A stretch of 64,000 nucleotides of DNA from Planctomycetota bacterium (GCA_947501605.1 CANMWZ010000020.1:15676-79675); one strand, 5' to 3'; positions 18,549 to 34,075 are shown, numbered from the stretch's first letter. Numbers and translations are program-made. Notes: generated from the letters alone by a model not told the origin.

Positions 18549-19720
18549 CTAGCGAGCGAGCCGACGATTCTCGGGGCGCGACTCGCGGCGCGTGAACGCC
18601 AGCACGTTGCCTCGCGGACGTTCCTTGCGGAAGCCGAGCAAGTGGAAGATCTCGGTCACGAACCACCGGGCAACGCGCCGATCGACGAGGATCGTGTTGA
18701 CGTCCGCCGGATCGCGCCGAATGCCCGGCAACCAGTGCACGATGGCATCGAGCCGGAAGCGTCGCATCCCGCGGGCAACGAGCATCCAGAAGGACCGCAC
18801 ATCGCGCGCCAAGAAGAAGCCGTCGTCACCGAGCGCTTGGTAGAGCGGCAGCATGACGCGGCCGGGATACGGCGCCGGCACGACCCCACGCACATCGGTG
18901 CCGAGTTGGTCGCCTTTGCGGACGGCATCGAAATTCTTGAAGCCCGGCTTCATCACGAAGCGATCCCCGGCCGTGATCGCATGGCGATGCACGATCTCCA
19001 CGACCTTGGGCTGACCTTCGGTCACCTTCTTGATGTGGGCGCGGAACGGCGCGACATCGAACTGTGCCGACCGCAGCATGCCGAGACTCTCGAGCAGCAG
19101 CCACAAAACTGCCTCGTGGTTTCCGACCGTGTCGCTGTGTTGGTGGCGCCCGCCTTCGATGGCGAAGTTGACGATGCCACGTTGGCTCCACCACTCGAGC
19201 GACGCACCGTCGATCGTCTCCTCGATGCCCAGAATCAGCGGGATCCCCGTCGACAGCGCGACGCGACGGTTGTCGCTGGTGTCGGCGAGGCACAGAAACG
19301 GCGGCCCATCGGCTGAGCTGGTGTGCAGGTCGACGAATACGACCGGGCCGCGTGCCGCCTGGATCACGCGCTCGAACAGGGCGAGCAGCGAGCGCTGCTC
19401 TCGGTCCTCCTCGCTGTCGTCGGCTGCATTCCCAAGAAGCAGGCGACCGATGTTGTCTTGGCCCCACTGACGGTTCAGGTCGCGCTTCAAGAAGCGAACC
19501 CCTTTGGCCAATGCCTGCAAGTTGCCGCCGAACGCGACGACCCGGCCCTGGATGTCGAGTTCCAGCTCTTGCAGTCGGCCGAGCACGCGCTGCACGGCGA
19601 GGACGCCAGCGGGCTCGTTACCGTGCATGCCCGCGAGCACGCACAGCACGGGGCCCTTGTGGCCGCAATCCCAGGTCCCCAGCTCGCGACGGAACGTCGA
19701 CAGTTCGCCGGTCGTCATGG

Positions 19721-19724
<4 letters not shown>
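18549..19724 (-). CDS. Succinylglutamate desuccinylase/aspartoacylase (M14) family protein
   Basis: GMHGNE, RFLKRDLNR, FVDLHTSS, AIEGG. ATGA overlap with the upstream ligase. Confidence 0.88.
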
Positions 19725-21655
<1,931 letters not shown>

Positions 21656-21860
21656 GATGATTTGTGGCTCTTGCTACCCGTCGACAGGACGCCTTGGTGG
21701 AGGAACGCGGCGCGGTCCGCGAGCCTGCACGCGACGGACGGGGAGGGCGCGCATGGTCCCGTACCAGTCCCCCGAGGGAAACGGTCCACCGGCAGATCGC
21801 AGCCCGTTTCCGGCCGGCCCCCACTGGTGCAACCACAGTATCGCTGCCTAGAGTGCGCGC

Positions 21861-22361
21861 GTGTCTTCCCCATCCATCGCGGACAACACCGTCGTCACTC
21901 TCCACTATCAGCTCACCCTCGACGACGGCTCGATCGCCGACTCGTCGTTCGAAGGTGACCCGCTGGCCTATCTGCATGGCCACGGCAACCTGGTCCCGGG
22001 ACTCGAGCGCAAACTGCTCGGCAAGAAGCCCGGTGACAAGTTCGAGGTCAACGTGCCGCCAGCAGAAGGCTACGGCGAATACGACCCGAGCGCTGACCAG
22101 ACCCTACCCCGCTCGGCCTTCCCCCCTGACGTCGATATCGAGGAAGGCATGGGCTTCCACACCGAGGACGATCAGGGCAATCCCATCCCGTTGTTCGTCA
22201 AGGAAGTGAAGGCCGCCACCAAGGAAGTGGTCATCACGACGAACCATCCGCTGTCCGGCCAGCGACTGAACTTCCGCATCGAAGTGCTGTCGGTGCGGTC
22301 CGCCACCAAGGATGAGTTGAAGCACGGGCACGTGCACGGCCCGGGCGGCCACCACCACTGA
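21861..22361 (+). CDS. slyD: SlyD-type FKBP peptidyl-prolyl isomerase
   Basis: VVTLHYQL, LHGHGNLVPGLE, EGYGE, NHPLSGQRLNF; His-rich tail HGHVHGPGGHHH. Confidence 0.93.
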   Translation: MSSPSIADNTVVTLHYQLTLDDGSIADSSFEGDPLAYLHGHGNLVPGLERKLLGKKPGDKFEVNVPPAEGYGEYDPSADQTLPRSAFPPDVDIEEGMGFHTEDDQGNPIPLFVKEVKAATKEVVITTNHPLSGQRLNFRIEVLSVRSATKDELKHGHVHGPGGHHH

Positions 22362-22433
22362 GCGCCCGCAAGGCTCGGTGAAGAAACGCCCCGACCCTTG
22401 CAGGCGGCGCGGCCCTCGGCTTCCGTGCACGGC

Positions 22434-24467
22434 ATGCTCCGCCGCCGCCCGCAGTCCTTGGCATTGGCTCTCCTGCTCGTGCTCGCGGTCGCGGCGTGCT
22501 CGGCGCCGACGGCACGCGCGTTCGCTACTGCCGTCGAGGACGCCGCCAGCGCGCCTGCTGCGGCAATCGCCACGGCGCACGACCGGGTGCACACAACCCG
22601 AGCGGGCAAGCACCTGCTGACCGTGCCGAAGGAAGACGACGCCTTCGGGTTTGTCGTCTACGGCGACCGCACCGGCGGCACCAAGGAGGGCATCGCGGTG
22701 CTGCGCGACGCGGTGCGTGACACCAACCTGATCGATCCCGACCTGGTGTTCACCGTCGGCGACTTGGTGAACGGCTACAACGGCGACGCGCAGTGGAAGG
22801 AGCAAGCCAGCGAATACCGCGAGGCGATGAGCCACCTGCGCATGCCGTGGTTCCCGGTTGCGGGCAACCACGACGTCTACTGGCGCGGCGAGGGCAAGCC
22901 GAGCGGCGAGCACGAGCACAACTTCGAGACCGCGTTCGGGCCCCTGTGGTATGCCCTGGAGCACAAGAACTGCCTGTTCCTCGCGCTCTACAGCGACGAA
23001 GGGGATCCCGCGACCGGCAAGAAGGACTTCGGCGACCCGTTGTGCCAGCGCATGTCGGAGGTGCAGTTCGAGTGGCTGCGCACAACGCTGCAGCAGCACA
23101 AGGACAAGCGGCACATCTTCGTCTTCTTGCACCATCCTCGCTGGCTGCCGGCGCGCTATCCCGGGGCTGATTGGGACCGCGTGCACCAGGTCTTGGCGCA
23201 GAACGGCAACGTCACGGCCGTATTCGCCGGGCACATCCACCGCATGCGCTTTGACGGCGTCCGCGATGGCATCCAGTACTACACGCTGGCTGCGGTCGGC
23301 GCGTATCTCGACCTGCCACTGCCGCAGGTCGGATTTCTGCACGAGTTCCACGTCGTCACCGTTCGCGACGAAGGGATCCAGCTCGCGGCCTTGCCGGTCG
23401 GAGCCGTCATGGACCCGAAAGCGATCACCGGCGCGATGAGCGATGACGTCGAAGCGCTGCACGCCCGACTGCGACCCGAGAATGCTCGCGGCCTCGCCTT
23501 TGGCACGGATGGCAGCGCGACGGGCGAGATCCTCGTCGACTTCCACAACCCGGCGAGCCAACCGATCGAACTCGTGCTGCTGCCGGAAGGCGACGACTCG
23601 TGGAGCTTTGGCGAGGACCACACGCACTTGCAGCTTGCCGCCGGTGCGCGGGCGACCGCCACAATCGCCGCCCGACGCCGCAGCAGCGACGCCACCGTCG
23701 CGCCGACCATGCCGCTCGTCGTGCTGCGCACGGACTATCTCTGCAACGGCCTTCGCATCGCGCTACCCGAAGTGCGCGCCGAACTCTCGCTGCAGCCCAC
23801 GGACCTCGTCGGTCCAGCAGACGCAAAGAACGGCAGTGTCGCCCTCGATGGCGACAACGGCACGTCCCTCCGCGTCGAGCACGGTTTGCTCCAGGTGCCC
23901 GACGGACCGCTCACGGTCGAGGCCTGGGTCCGCGCCGACCAGCAGAAGGGCCGGCGCGCAGTGGTTGCGAAGACCGAGGGCAGCGAGTACGCGCTCACCC
24001 TGAGCGACGGCAAGCCCCACTTCGCCATCCGACTGGGCAACGCCTATGTCGCGGCGCGGGCGCCTGCGGCGTTGTCGCAGGAGGCCCAGTGGCACCATCT
24101 TGCCGGTGTCTACGACGGCAGTGAGGTTCGGCTCTACATCGACGGCGCGCTCGCCGCAAAGACACCTGGGGCCGGGACGCGCACTACCAACACACTGCCG
24201 CTCTTCGTCGGTGCCGACCCAAATGGGAAGGGCCAGCCGACCTCGTGCTTCTGCGGTGCAATCGACGAACTGCGGATCTCCACCACCGCGCGCTACGCCG
24301 GCACGAACTTCGACGCCCCCCTGCGCCACGAGCCCGACGGCGCCACCGCATTGCTGCTGCACTTCGACGTCGACCTCGGCGCGTGGTCACCGGACTCGTC
24401 GGGTAAGGGCGCGCACGCGCGTCGCCTTGGTCGCGCCCGCTGCGTGGCCGCGCCCGCCGCGAAGTGA
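22434..24467 (+). CDS. Lipoprotein: calcineurin-like metallophosphoesterase + C-terminal LamG/ConA-like domain
   Basis: Lipobox VAAC. Motifs YGD, GDLV, GNHD, HHP, GHIH. LamG motifs TVEAWVR, WHHLAGVYDG, LYIDG, GAIDELRIS. Confidence 0.85.
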   Translation: MLRRRPQSLALALLLVLAVAACSAPTARAFATAVEDAASAPAAAIATAHDRVHTTRAGKHLLTVPKEDDAFGFVVYGDRTGGTKEGIAVLRDAVRDTNLIDPDLVFTVGDLVNGYNGDAQWKEQASEYREAMSHLRMPWFPVAGNHDVYWRGEGKPSGEHEHNFETAFGPLWYALEHKNCLFLALYSDEGDPATGKKDFGDPLCQRMSEVQFEWLRTTLQQHKDKRHIFVFLHHPRWLPARYPGADWDRVHQVLAQNGNVTAVFAGHIHRMRFDGVRDGIQYYTLAAVGAYLDLPLPQVGFLHEFHVVTVRDEGIQLAALPVGAVMDPKAITGAMSDDVEALHARLRPENARGLAFGTDGSATGEILVDFHNPASQPIELVLLPEGDDSWSFGEDHTHLQLAAGARATATIAARRRSSDATVAPTMPLVVLRTDYLCNGLRIALPEVRAELSLQPTDLVGPADAKNGSVALDGDNGTSLRVEHGLLQVPDGPLTVEAWVRADQQKGRRAVVAKTEGSEYALTLSDGKPHFAIRLGNAYVAARAPAALSQEAQWHHLAGVYDGSEVRLYIDGALAAKTPGAGTRTTNTLPLFVGADPNGKGQPTSCFCGAIDELRISTTARYAGTNFDAPLRHEPDGATALLLHFDVDLGAWSPDSSGKGAHARRLGRARCVAAPAAK

Positions 24468-24515
24468 CCCGCAAGCGCCGTGGAGCGGCGGCCGCTACCG
24501 CGCTACAACGCGCCG

Positions 24516-25481
24516 ATGCCGAAGCCGTCGAAGTCGCAGCCGCCGAAGCGAACGCCCCCGTCGCGATCGAAGACCCAAACCCGCTCGAAACCAAAGCGCT
24601 TGGCGCAAACCGCGACGACGAAGCCACCGTTCACCGCGCGCACAGCCGACAAGCACGTGCTCTACCAACTCTCGGTGCAGGCGCCTCTGCGCGAGGTCAA
24701 GTTCCTGTCGCGCTACTTCCAGAAGGCCACCGGCTGCGAACTGAACACCCTGCGCGAGGATTTCTGCGGCACGGGACTCATGGCCAGTTGGTTCGTGAAG
24801 CACAAGCCGCAGAACCGTGCGATTGGTGTCGACCTCGATCAGCCGACGCTGGACTGGGGCGTAGTCAACAATGTCGACACCCTGCTCGATGACGAACAAA
24901 AGACGCGCCTCACGCTGCTGTGCAAGGACGTGCGGACAGTCACAAGGCCAAAGGCGCAAGCGATCGCCGCGCTGAACTTCAGCTACTCGGTGTTCAAGCA
25001 GCGAGCCGAGTTGCTCGCCTACTTCCACGCCTGCTACCAGGGCCTGGAGCCCGGCGGCTTGCTGTTCCTCGATGGCTGGGGGGGGCCCGACGTACAGGCC
25101 ATCAAGACCGACCGCACGCGGCACAAGGGCTTCGACTACTTCTGGGAGCAGCAGAAGTTCGACCCGATCTCGCACCACATCCGCTGCGCGATCTCGTTCA
25201 AGTTCCGCGACGGCACGCGGATGAAGAACGCGTTCGTTTACGACTGGCGGCTCTGGAACATGCCAGAGCTTCGAGAACTGATGGCGGAAGCCGGCTTCAC
25301 CGACACGCACATCCTGTGGGAAGGGACCCTCGGCGCCACCCGTGCCGGCAACGGGGTGTTCCGGCGCAAGGAAGTCGGCGACGCCGACTCGGCCTGGATT
25401 GTCTACGTCATCGGCCGCAAGCCAGGCGGAAAGACTCCGGCCCCATCGAGGGGACGAGCCCGTACGCAGCAGCGCAGTTGA
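24516..25481 (+). CDS. Class I SAM-dependent methyltransferase
   Basis: LREDFCGTG motif I variant, GVDLD, ALNFS, LEPGGLLFLD. Confidence 0.8.
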   Translation: MPKPSKSQPPKRTPPSRSKTQTRSKPKRLAQTATTKPPFTARTADKHVLYQLSVQAPLREVKFLSRYFQKATGCELNTLREDFCGTGLMASWFVKHKPQNRAIGVDLDQPTLDWGVVNNVDTLLDDEQKTRLTLLCKDVRTVTRPKAQAIAALNFSYSVFKQRAELLAYFHACYQGLEPGGLLFLDGWGGPDVQAIKTDRTRHKGFDYFWEQQKFDPISHHIRCAISFKFRDGTRMKNAFVYDWRLWNMPELRELMAEAGFTDTHILWEGTLGATRAGNGVFRRKEVGDADSAWIVYVIGRKPGGKTPAPSRGRARTQQRS

Positions 25482-25547
25482 CGGGGAGCTTGCCGAAGTG
25501 CACCTCGGACAGAAGAATCCTCGCCCCCAGAACGGACCCCGCGAGCT

Positions 25548-26624
25548 ATGACGAAACTTGGAATCCTCGGTGCCGGCAAGATCGGCCGCATGGTCTGCCA
25601 CATGACCGCCAGCTCGGGCCTCTACCAGGTTCGCATCGGCGATGTGGCAAAGGCCGCGGTCGATGTCGTCGGCCAGCGCTATCCGGGCATCGAAGCCCAG
25701 GTTGTCGACTTCGGCGACCAGAAGAGCCTCGATCAGTTCTTGAAAGGCCTGTGGGGGGTCGTGTCGTGCGCCCCCTACCACTGCAACTTGCTGATCGCCG
25801 AGCGCGCCAAGGCGAACGGGGTGCACTACTTCGACCTCACCGAGGACGTCGAGGTGACGCAGAAGGTGAAGCAGCTCGCCGACGGCAGCAAGACGGCGTT
25901 TGCGCCGCAGTGCGGTCTCGCCCCTGGCTTCATCACGATCGTCGCCAACCACTTGATCCGCGACATGACCGGCGTGCAGGACCTGCGCTTGCGCGTCGGC
26001 GCGCTGCCGCGCTACCCGAGCAACCGGCTCAACTACAACCTGACCTGGAGCACCGAAGGACTCATCAACGAGTACTGCAACCCGTGCGAAGCGCTGCTCG
26101 ACGGCGAAGTGCAGATGGTGCAGCCGATGCAGGACCAGGAACGACTGACCATCGACGGCGTCGAGTACGAGGCCTTCAACACCTCGGGCGGTCTCGGCAC
26201 GTTGGCGATCTCGCTGCTCGGCAAGGTGCGCAACGTCAACTACAAGACGATCCGCTACCCGGGCCACTGCGAGCTGATGAAGTTCCTGCTGCAGGACCTC
26301 GGCATGCGCGACCACCAGAAGGAGCTGGCGACGATCTTCGAGCGCTCGTTGCCGACCACCAACCAGGACCAGATCGTGGTCTTCGTCAGCGCCACCGGCA
26401 TGCTGAAGGGCCGCTTCACCGAAGCGACCTACGCGCGCACGATCTACCACCGTCAGTTCGACGGTCAGGATTGGAGCGGCATCCAGATCACGACGGCAGC
26501 CGGTGTCTGCGGCGTGGTCGACATGATGCGAGAGGGCAAGCTGCCGCAAAGCGGCTTGGTGCGCATGGAGCAGGTCAGCTACCCGGACTTCCTCGCGAAC
26601 CGGTTCGGCCAGTACTACGCCTGA
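25548..26624 (+). CDS. Saccharopine dehydrogenase / lysine 6-dehydrogenase family protein
   Basis: GAGKIG, HYFDLTED, PQCGLAPG, VGALP, TWSTEGLINEY, EAFNTSGG, YKTIRYPGH. Confidence 0.9.
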   Translation: MTKLGILGAGKIGRMVCHMTASSGLYQVRIGDVAKAAVDVVGQRYPGIEAQVVDFGDQKSLDQFLKGLWGVVSCAPYHCNLLIAERAKANGVHYFDLTEDVEVTQKVKQLADGSKTAFAPQCGLAPGFITIVANHLIRDMTGVQDLRLRVGALPRYPSNRLNYNLTWSTEGLINEYCNPCEALLDGEVQMVQPMQDQERLTIDGVEYEAFNTSGGLGTLAISLLGKVRNVNYKTIRYPGHCELMKFLLQDLGMRDHQKELATIFERSLPTTNQDQIVVFVSATGMLKGRFTEATYARTIYHRQFDGQDWSGIQITTAAGVCGVVDMMREGKLPQSGLVRMEQVSYPDFLANRFGQYYA

Positions 26625-26641
26625 TCGCGGAAGGCGCCTGA

Positions 26642-29242
<2,601 letters not shown>

Positions 29243-29257
29243 CCCGAACAGCGCGCC

Positions 29258-29638
29258 GTGCTGTACCAGATCCTCGCCTATGTCTGCCTGGGCCTCGCCG
29301 CGCTGCTATTCCTCGCGGCCGGCCTCCTTCTGCTGATCGCCCCCGATTGGATCGGGCGGCGAGCCAGCCTCCAGAACCTGTCGCCGCGTGCCCGCACCTT
29401 CGTGCGCACGGTGAAGGGAGGTGCCTGCATCGTCCTGGCCCTGTTCTGGGTCCTCTGTCTCCTGCAGCCGCACTGGTTCCTCATCGGCTTGGCATCGGCC
29501 GGGTATGCCGTCACAGCGGCCGCGGCCGCTCGATTCGTGGGCCTGTGGACCGAACGGCGCCGCGACCGCCCGCGGGTGGCCCTCTTCGTCTTCGAGCTCG
29601 TGCTCGGCATCGCCACCGTGTCGCTGTCGATGTGCTGA
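29258..29638 (+). CDS. Small integral membrane protein (4 predicted TM)
   Basis: Four hydrophobic segments. Directly follows eno on the same strand. Confidence 0.6.
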   Translation: MLYQILAYVCLGLAALLFLAAGLLLLIAPDWIGRRASLQNLSPRARTFVRTVKGGACIVLALFWVLCLLQPHWFLIGLASAGYAVTAAAAARFVGLWTERRRDRPRVALFVFELVLGIATVSLSMC

Positions 29639-29678
29639 CGCCGAGGCGAAGCGCCGCCGTCGAGGCGGTGAGCAGCCC

Positions 29679-30830
29679 TCACTTCGCGTAGCCGGTCATC
29701 TCGAGATACCCGACCCCGCTACACGACCCGCGGACCGCGACGCAACCTTCCCAGTAGCGGACGCGCGTGCGCAGCTCCTGGTCGGCGACGCGAGGTACCA
29801 CCTCCACGTCGAGGCCGAGCTTCTTGGAACGCAACCGCCACGCACCAGGGTACTCCGCGCGCCCATCCGTCGCGCGCCACGTCCCCTGCGGCTCGGCCAT
29901 CACGTCGGCGAGAGCGAGCCGTGCGCTCGTGCCATCTGCGCGCGTCCACGTGCCTTGGCTGTGTGCGTCGATCGAACCGTCGCGTCGCCGCAGTTGGTAC
30001 CACGTCAGCTCGCACCCGTCGTCGAACTGCAGCGAGAACCAATCCCAACCCACCTGCCCCTCGCCCAACGCCGACGTACTCCACTCGCGATCGCACCACG
30101 CGGCCCCCGTCACGCCCGCCGCGCGCCCGTCGACCTCGATCGTGCCCACCGCCGACAGCCGCGTCGCCGAGTAGTAGATCGACGCGTTGCCGGGCTCCGA
30201 GCTCTTCTGGCTCAGCCCGCGGTCGCCTTGCAGCACGAGCGCCTTCTGCGCCTCGACCACGAGATCGAACGCGAAGCCCTCGCCGCGCGCAGTCAGCCGC
30301 ATCGGCGGGAACCGATCCGGCGACGGCGCAGCGCCGCTCGGCTCCGCGCGCCAGTCGGCGCACCAGAGAACCGGACCGTGCTCGCCAAGAACGACACCAG
30401 CGCGCAGGGAGTCGCGGCGCAGCAGGCGCTCTTCGGCGTGAAATCGCTCGCCGCCGACATCGGTCACCGCCGCATGGACCAGCACGAGTTCGCGGCTCGC
30501 AAGCGACGCGGACCGCGGGGCCTCGCCATCGGGCGGTGCCAGCGCCTGGCGAAAGAACACGAGTTCGAAGCCGAACGCGCGTCCGCCTTCGTCCGTCACG
30601 TTGCCGGTCCAGTACCACCACTCGGTTCGAAAACTGTCGTGCGGCCCGTGATCGCGCGGAAACGTGAGCGTCGGCACCGAAGTGGCGCGGTCGTAGCCGG
30701 CGACGTCGCCTGCGGCAAGGACGTCGGCCAGCGCGAGTTCGCCGCCCGTCGACGCAATCGGCTCGCCACCGCACGCAGTGACGACGGTCAGCAGTAGGAG
30801 CAGCAGATCGCGAATCCCGATCATCGTCAT
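29679..30830 (-). CDS. Lipocalin-like CrtC/AttH family lipoprotein
   Basis: Lipobox VTAC; FPRDHGPH..FRTEWWY, SIYYS, WCDREWS, GWDWFSLQ, YWEG, GYLEMTGY. Confidence 0.88.
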   Translation of the reverse strand: MTMIGIRDLLLLLLTVVTACGGEPIASTGGELALADVLAAGDVAGYDRATSVPTLTFPRDHGPHDSFRTEWWYWTGNVTDEGGRAFGFELVFFRQALAPPDGEAPRSASLASRELVLVHAAVTDVGGERFHAEERLLRRDSLRAGVVLGEHGPVLWCADWRAEPSGAAPSPDRFPPMRLTARGEGFAFDLVVEAQKALVLQGDRGLSQKSSEPGNASIYYSATRLSAVGTIEVDGRAAGVTGAAWCDREWSTSALGEGQVGWDWFSLQFDDGCELTWYQLRRRDGSIDAHSQGTWTRADGTSARLALADVMAEPQGTWRATDGRAEYPGAWRLRSKKLGLDVEVVPRVADQELRTRVRYWEGCVAVRGSCSGVGYLEMTGYAK

Positions 30831-33349
30831 TCCTCCCGCAACGCCACGGCCGGCACCGCACGCGCCATTCGCCATGCCGGCCACAGGCCAGCCAAGAACG
30901 CCGAGCCCACCGCCAGCCAGATCGCCTCCCACAAGAGCGCGGGCGGCAACGTGAACTCGGTCAAGGTCCAGCCAAACGATCCGCGGTTGACGACCGTGGC
31001 CAGTACGTAGCCGACGAAGGCGCCGACGGGCAGCGCCAGGAACCCAGCCCAGACCCCGAGCAACGTCGTTTGGCCGAGCACGAGCAGCACCACGTGTCGC
31101 GGCGTGGCGCCCAGCGTGCGCAGCACCGCGATCTCCTTCTGCCGATCGAGTTGCAGTGCCGCGAACGACGACCAGATCCCGAGCACGGCAATCAGAATGC
31201 ACAGCAGCCGCAGCGCATCCGTGATCGCAAACGTACGGTCGAAGACCTTCAACGAGGTCCGCTCCACCGATTCTCGGGTGCTGACGATCAGGGCCTGTGG
31301 AAGCGCATGCACCACGGTGCGCACACGCTCCGCCAGAGCATCCTGGCTTTCGCCAGACATCGCCTCGAGTCCCAAGGACTCCGGTTGGAGCTTCGGGAAC
31401 CACGACGTCGGCAGCAGCAGTTCGCCGCGCGGGTTGCGGTAGTGTCGTTCGATGCCGACGATCGTCGTGCGTCGCACGCCCTCGCCGCACGCAACGGCGA
31501 TCGGCGACCCGATCGTCAGCGACAGCCGCGCCGCCAGCGGCTCGGTCGCAATGGCCCCGTTGCCCTGCTGGAATGCTGCGCGCGCCGCGTCGCCGCCGTC
31601 GATCAACGGCAACCTCTCGAGCACGCGCGGAGACGGGCCGAAGACCGTGATCGAGGTCTCTTCGAACGGCCCGCCGTGAAAACTCGCGGCCACGCGCATC
31701 GGCCGGTAGGTCGACACCGCAGCGAGGCCCGGCAACGCTCGCAGCGCCGACAGCGCGTCCGCGGACAACTCGCCGTGTTCGCGTTCGTCAACGCTGCCCG
31801 GCAGCGCCACGTAGACATCGGCCGGAATCACTTCGTCGAGCCAATTGGCGACGCTGCTGCGAAAGCTCTGCACCATGGCCCCCATGCCAGTCGTGATGCC
31901 GACGGCGAGCACCAGGGCCGAAACCGAAGAGCCCACGCGCAAGCGCGAGCTCGCGGCACTGCGGGCGACGTAGGCGAGCCACGGCCCGGCATTCGCGACT
32001 ACCCGCGCGGTGCCCGCGAGCAACAGCTCCATGGCGCGCGGCACCACGAGCGCGATCGCGACCAAAGCGAGCAGCATGCCGCCGTGCGCCATGACGACGT
32101 TGCGGCCGGCATTCTGCAGCAAGATCCACGAACCGATTGCGAGCGGCAACAACAGCCACAGCGGCGCTTGCAAGCTGCGCTGCGGCAGCCGTCCACTGAC
32201 GAACACCGCACGCGGCGGCGCCTGCATCGCCTCGGCCAAGGGCCAGAGTGATGCCAGGACCGCAGTCATGGGGCCCAGCACCATCGCCGTCACCGCGAGC
32301 CATGCATCCAACCGAACCGAGTGCAACGCGAAGGTCGCGAAGTGATCGTTCAGCGTACGAACCAGAGGGTCGATCAGCAGTTGCGCCGCGATCCAGCCGC
32401 AAACGAGCCCAACGCCACTGCCGAGCAAGCCGAGCAGCACACTCTCGCGCGCGACCGCGCGGCCGATGCGAAAGGCGTCGGCACCGAGCGCGCGCAACAG
32501 CGCGAACTCGACCTGCCGACCAGCCACCGCCGCCCGCATCGCCGCATGCACCAAGAAGGCTCCGACCAACAACGCCAGCAGCCCCATCGCTTGCAGGTTG
32601 CTGGTGAAGGCCGCCGTCAGTTCGTGAAACGACGCGCGCGCGGCATTGGCTTCGACGCGAATCGAGGGCTCGAGCGCCTGCAGTCGAGCGGACAGCGCTT
32701 GCACATCGACGCCGTCATCGAGCACGAGGTCGATGCGATCGACGCGATCCTCCCGTCCGTTCCACTCCTGCGCGGTTGCGATGTCGACGAGCAGCACGTC
32801 AAGAAGGCCAGCGACTGCATCGTCAGGAATCGCGAGCAAGCGCTGGGCACCGACGGCGCGGCCACCGGCAAACAACGTCGTCGCGCCGCTGTCGTCGAGA
32901 GCGAGCCGCGCGCAGGTTGCACGCGTCGCCACGAAACCGCCGCGGGTCGTCAACAGTCCCGCCAAGGACAGCCCCGCGATTGCACCGGTCCCCGGTCGCA
33001 CGAGGCCATCGACCAACGGATCGATGCCGAGAACGCGCACGGTTCGCCGGTACGAGGTCGAAGGCTGCACCAGCGCCTCGACGACCGGCGCGGCCACGAC
33101 ACCGCGCTCCGTAGCGAGTGCCGCCAGCACCCGCACGGGCACGAAGCCCTGCTCGCCGCGCACCGCGTGCGTGGCCCTGCCGGTCAGCGCCTCGGACGCG
33201 GCCGCGAACGCCGCGGACGCACTTGCCATCGTGGCTTGCACGGCGACGAGCAGAGCGATGCCGACGGCGATCCCGAGCACCGCGAGCGCACTGCGCAACG
33301 GCTGTCGCCCATGATGGCGCGCGCTCCAGCGCAGCAGCAACCCGGTCAC
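30827..33349 (-). CDS. ABC transporter permease, double MacB/FtsX-type (AttF/G-like)
   Basis: LGIAVGIALLV, EFALLRALGA, EIAVLRTLGA, C-terminal PAVALREE. GTGA overlap with the ATPase. Confidence 0.88.
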   Translation of the reverse strand: MTGLLLRWSARHHGRQPLRSALAVLGIAVGIALLVAVQATMASASAAFAAASEALTGRATHAVRGEQGFVPVRVLAALATERGVVAAPVVEALVQPSTSYRRTVRVLGIDPLVDGLVRPGTGAIAGLSLAGLLTTRGGFVATRATCARLALDDSGATTLFAGGRAVGAQRLLAIPDDAVAGLLDVLLVDIATAQEWNGREDRVDRIDLVLDDGVDVQALSARLQALEPSIRVEANAARASFHELTAAFTSNLQAMGLLALLVGAFLVHAAMRAAVAGRQVEFALLRALGADAFRIGRAVARESVLLGLLGSGVGLVCGWIAAQLLIDPLVRTLNDHFATFALHSVRLDAWLAVTAMVLGPMTAVLASLWPLAEAMQAPPRAVFVSGRLPQRSLQAPLWLLLPLAIGSWILLQNAGRNVVMAHGGMLLALVAIALVVPRAMELLLAGTARVVANAGPWLAYVARSAASSRLRVGSSVSALVLAVGITTGMGAMVQSFRSSVANWLDEVIPADVYVALPGSVDEREHGELSADALSALRALPGLAAVSTYRPMRVAASFHGGPFEETSITVFGPSPRVLERLPLIDGGDAARAAFQQGNGAIATEPLAARLSLTIGSPIAVACGEGVRRTTIVGIERHYRNPRGELLLPTSWFPKLQPESLGLEAMSGESQDALAERVRTVVHALPQALIVSTRESVERTSLKVFDRTFAITDALRLLCILIAVLGIWSSFAALQLDRQKEIAVLRTLGATPRHVVLLVLGQTTLLGVWAGFLALPVGAFVGYVLATVVNRGSFGWTLTEFTLPPALLWEAIWLAVGSAFLAGLWPAWRMARAVPAVALREE

Positions 33350-34038
33350 AACGACAGCGCCTCGACTTCGAGCTTGCCGTGACTGAGCCGGAGCGTGCGC
33401 GTGCACTGCCGCGCCACGGCGGTCGCGTGGGTGACCACGAGCAGACTTCCGGCCTGCTCCAACACCACCGACAACAACAACGAGAACACGTCTTGCGCCG
33501 ACTCGTCGTCGAGGTTGCCAGTAGGTTCGTCGGCGAGTACCAGGGCCGGCTGCAGCGCCACGGCGCGCGCTACCGACAATCGCTGCTGCTCGCCGCCTGA
33601 CAACACCGCCGGAAACGCACCGGCGCGATCCGCCAAACCGACGCGCCGCAGCAGGTCCTTCGCGCGCGCCATCGATGCGCTCCGTTCCCGCCGCGCCAGT
33701 TCGAGGGGCAGGAGCACGTTCTCCAACGCCGTCAAGGTCGGCAGCAGGTGGAAGGCCTGGAACACGAACCCGACGTGCTGCTGGCGGACGTTGGCCCGGG
33801 CCTTTTCGTCAAGCGCCGCGAGGTCGTGCCCGAGCAGTGCGATCCGCCCACGGTCTGGACGATCGAGCCCAGCGATCAGGTTGAGCAGCGTCGACTTGCC
33901 GGAGCCCGAGCGACCGACGATCGCGCAGGATGTAGCAGGCGCGAGTTCGAAATCGACCCCGTTCAGGATCGCGCGGTCCGTGCGGCCTTCGCGACAGGAC
34001 TTGTGCACCGCGGACAATGACACGACGGGGACGCTCAC
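33346..34038 (-). CDS. ABC transporter ATP-binding protein (LolD/YbbA/AttE-like)
   Basis: GRSGSGKST, GFVFQAFHL, LSGGEQQR, LADEPTGNLD, VVTH. Confidence 0.93.
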   Translation of the reverse strand: MSVPVVSLSAVHKSCREGRTDRAILNGVDFELAPATSCAIVGRSGSGKSTLLNLIAGLDRPDRGRIALLGHDLAALDEKARANVRQQHVGFVFQAFHLLPTLTALENVLLPLELARRERSASMARAKDLLRRVGLADRAGAFPAVLSGGEQQRLSVARAVALQPALVLADEPTGNLDDESAQDVFSLLLSVVLEQAGSLLVVTHATAVARQCTRTLRLSHGKLEVEALSL

Positions 34039-34075
34039 ACTGTCCCTGGTTACCCCGTGGCGCCGCAATGGCAAG

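Noticed and set aside
29679..30830. Carotenoid 1,2-hydratase / carotenoid biosynthesis cluster
   Set aside because: Lipoprotein signal, ABC-operon context and absence of crt genes indicate the AttH-like lipocalin branch.
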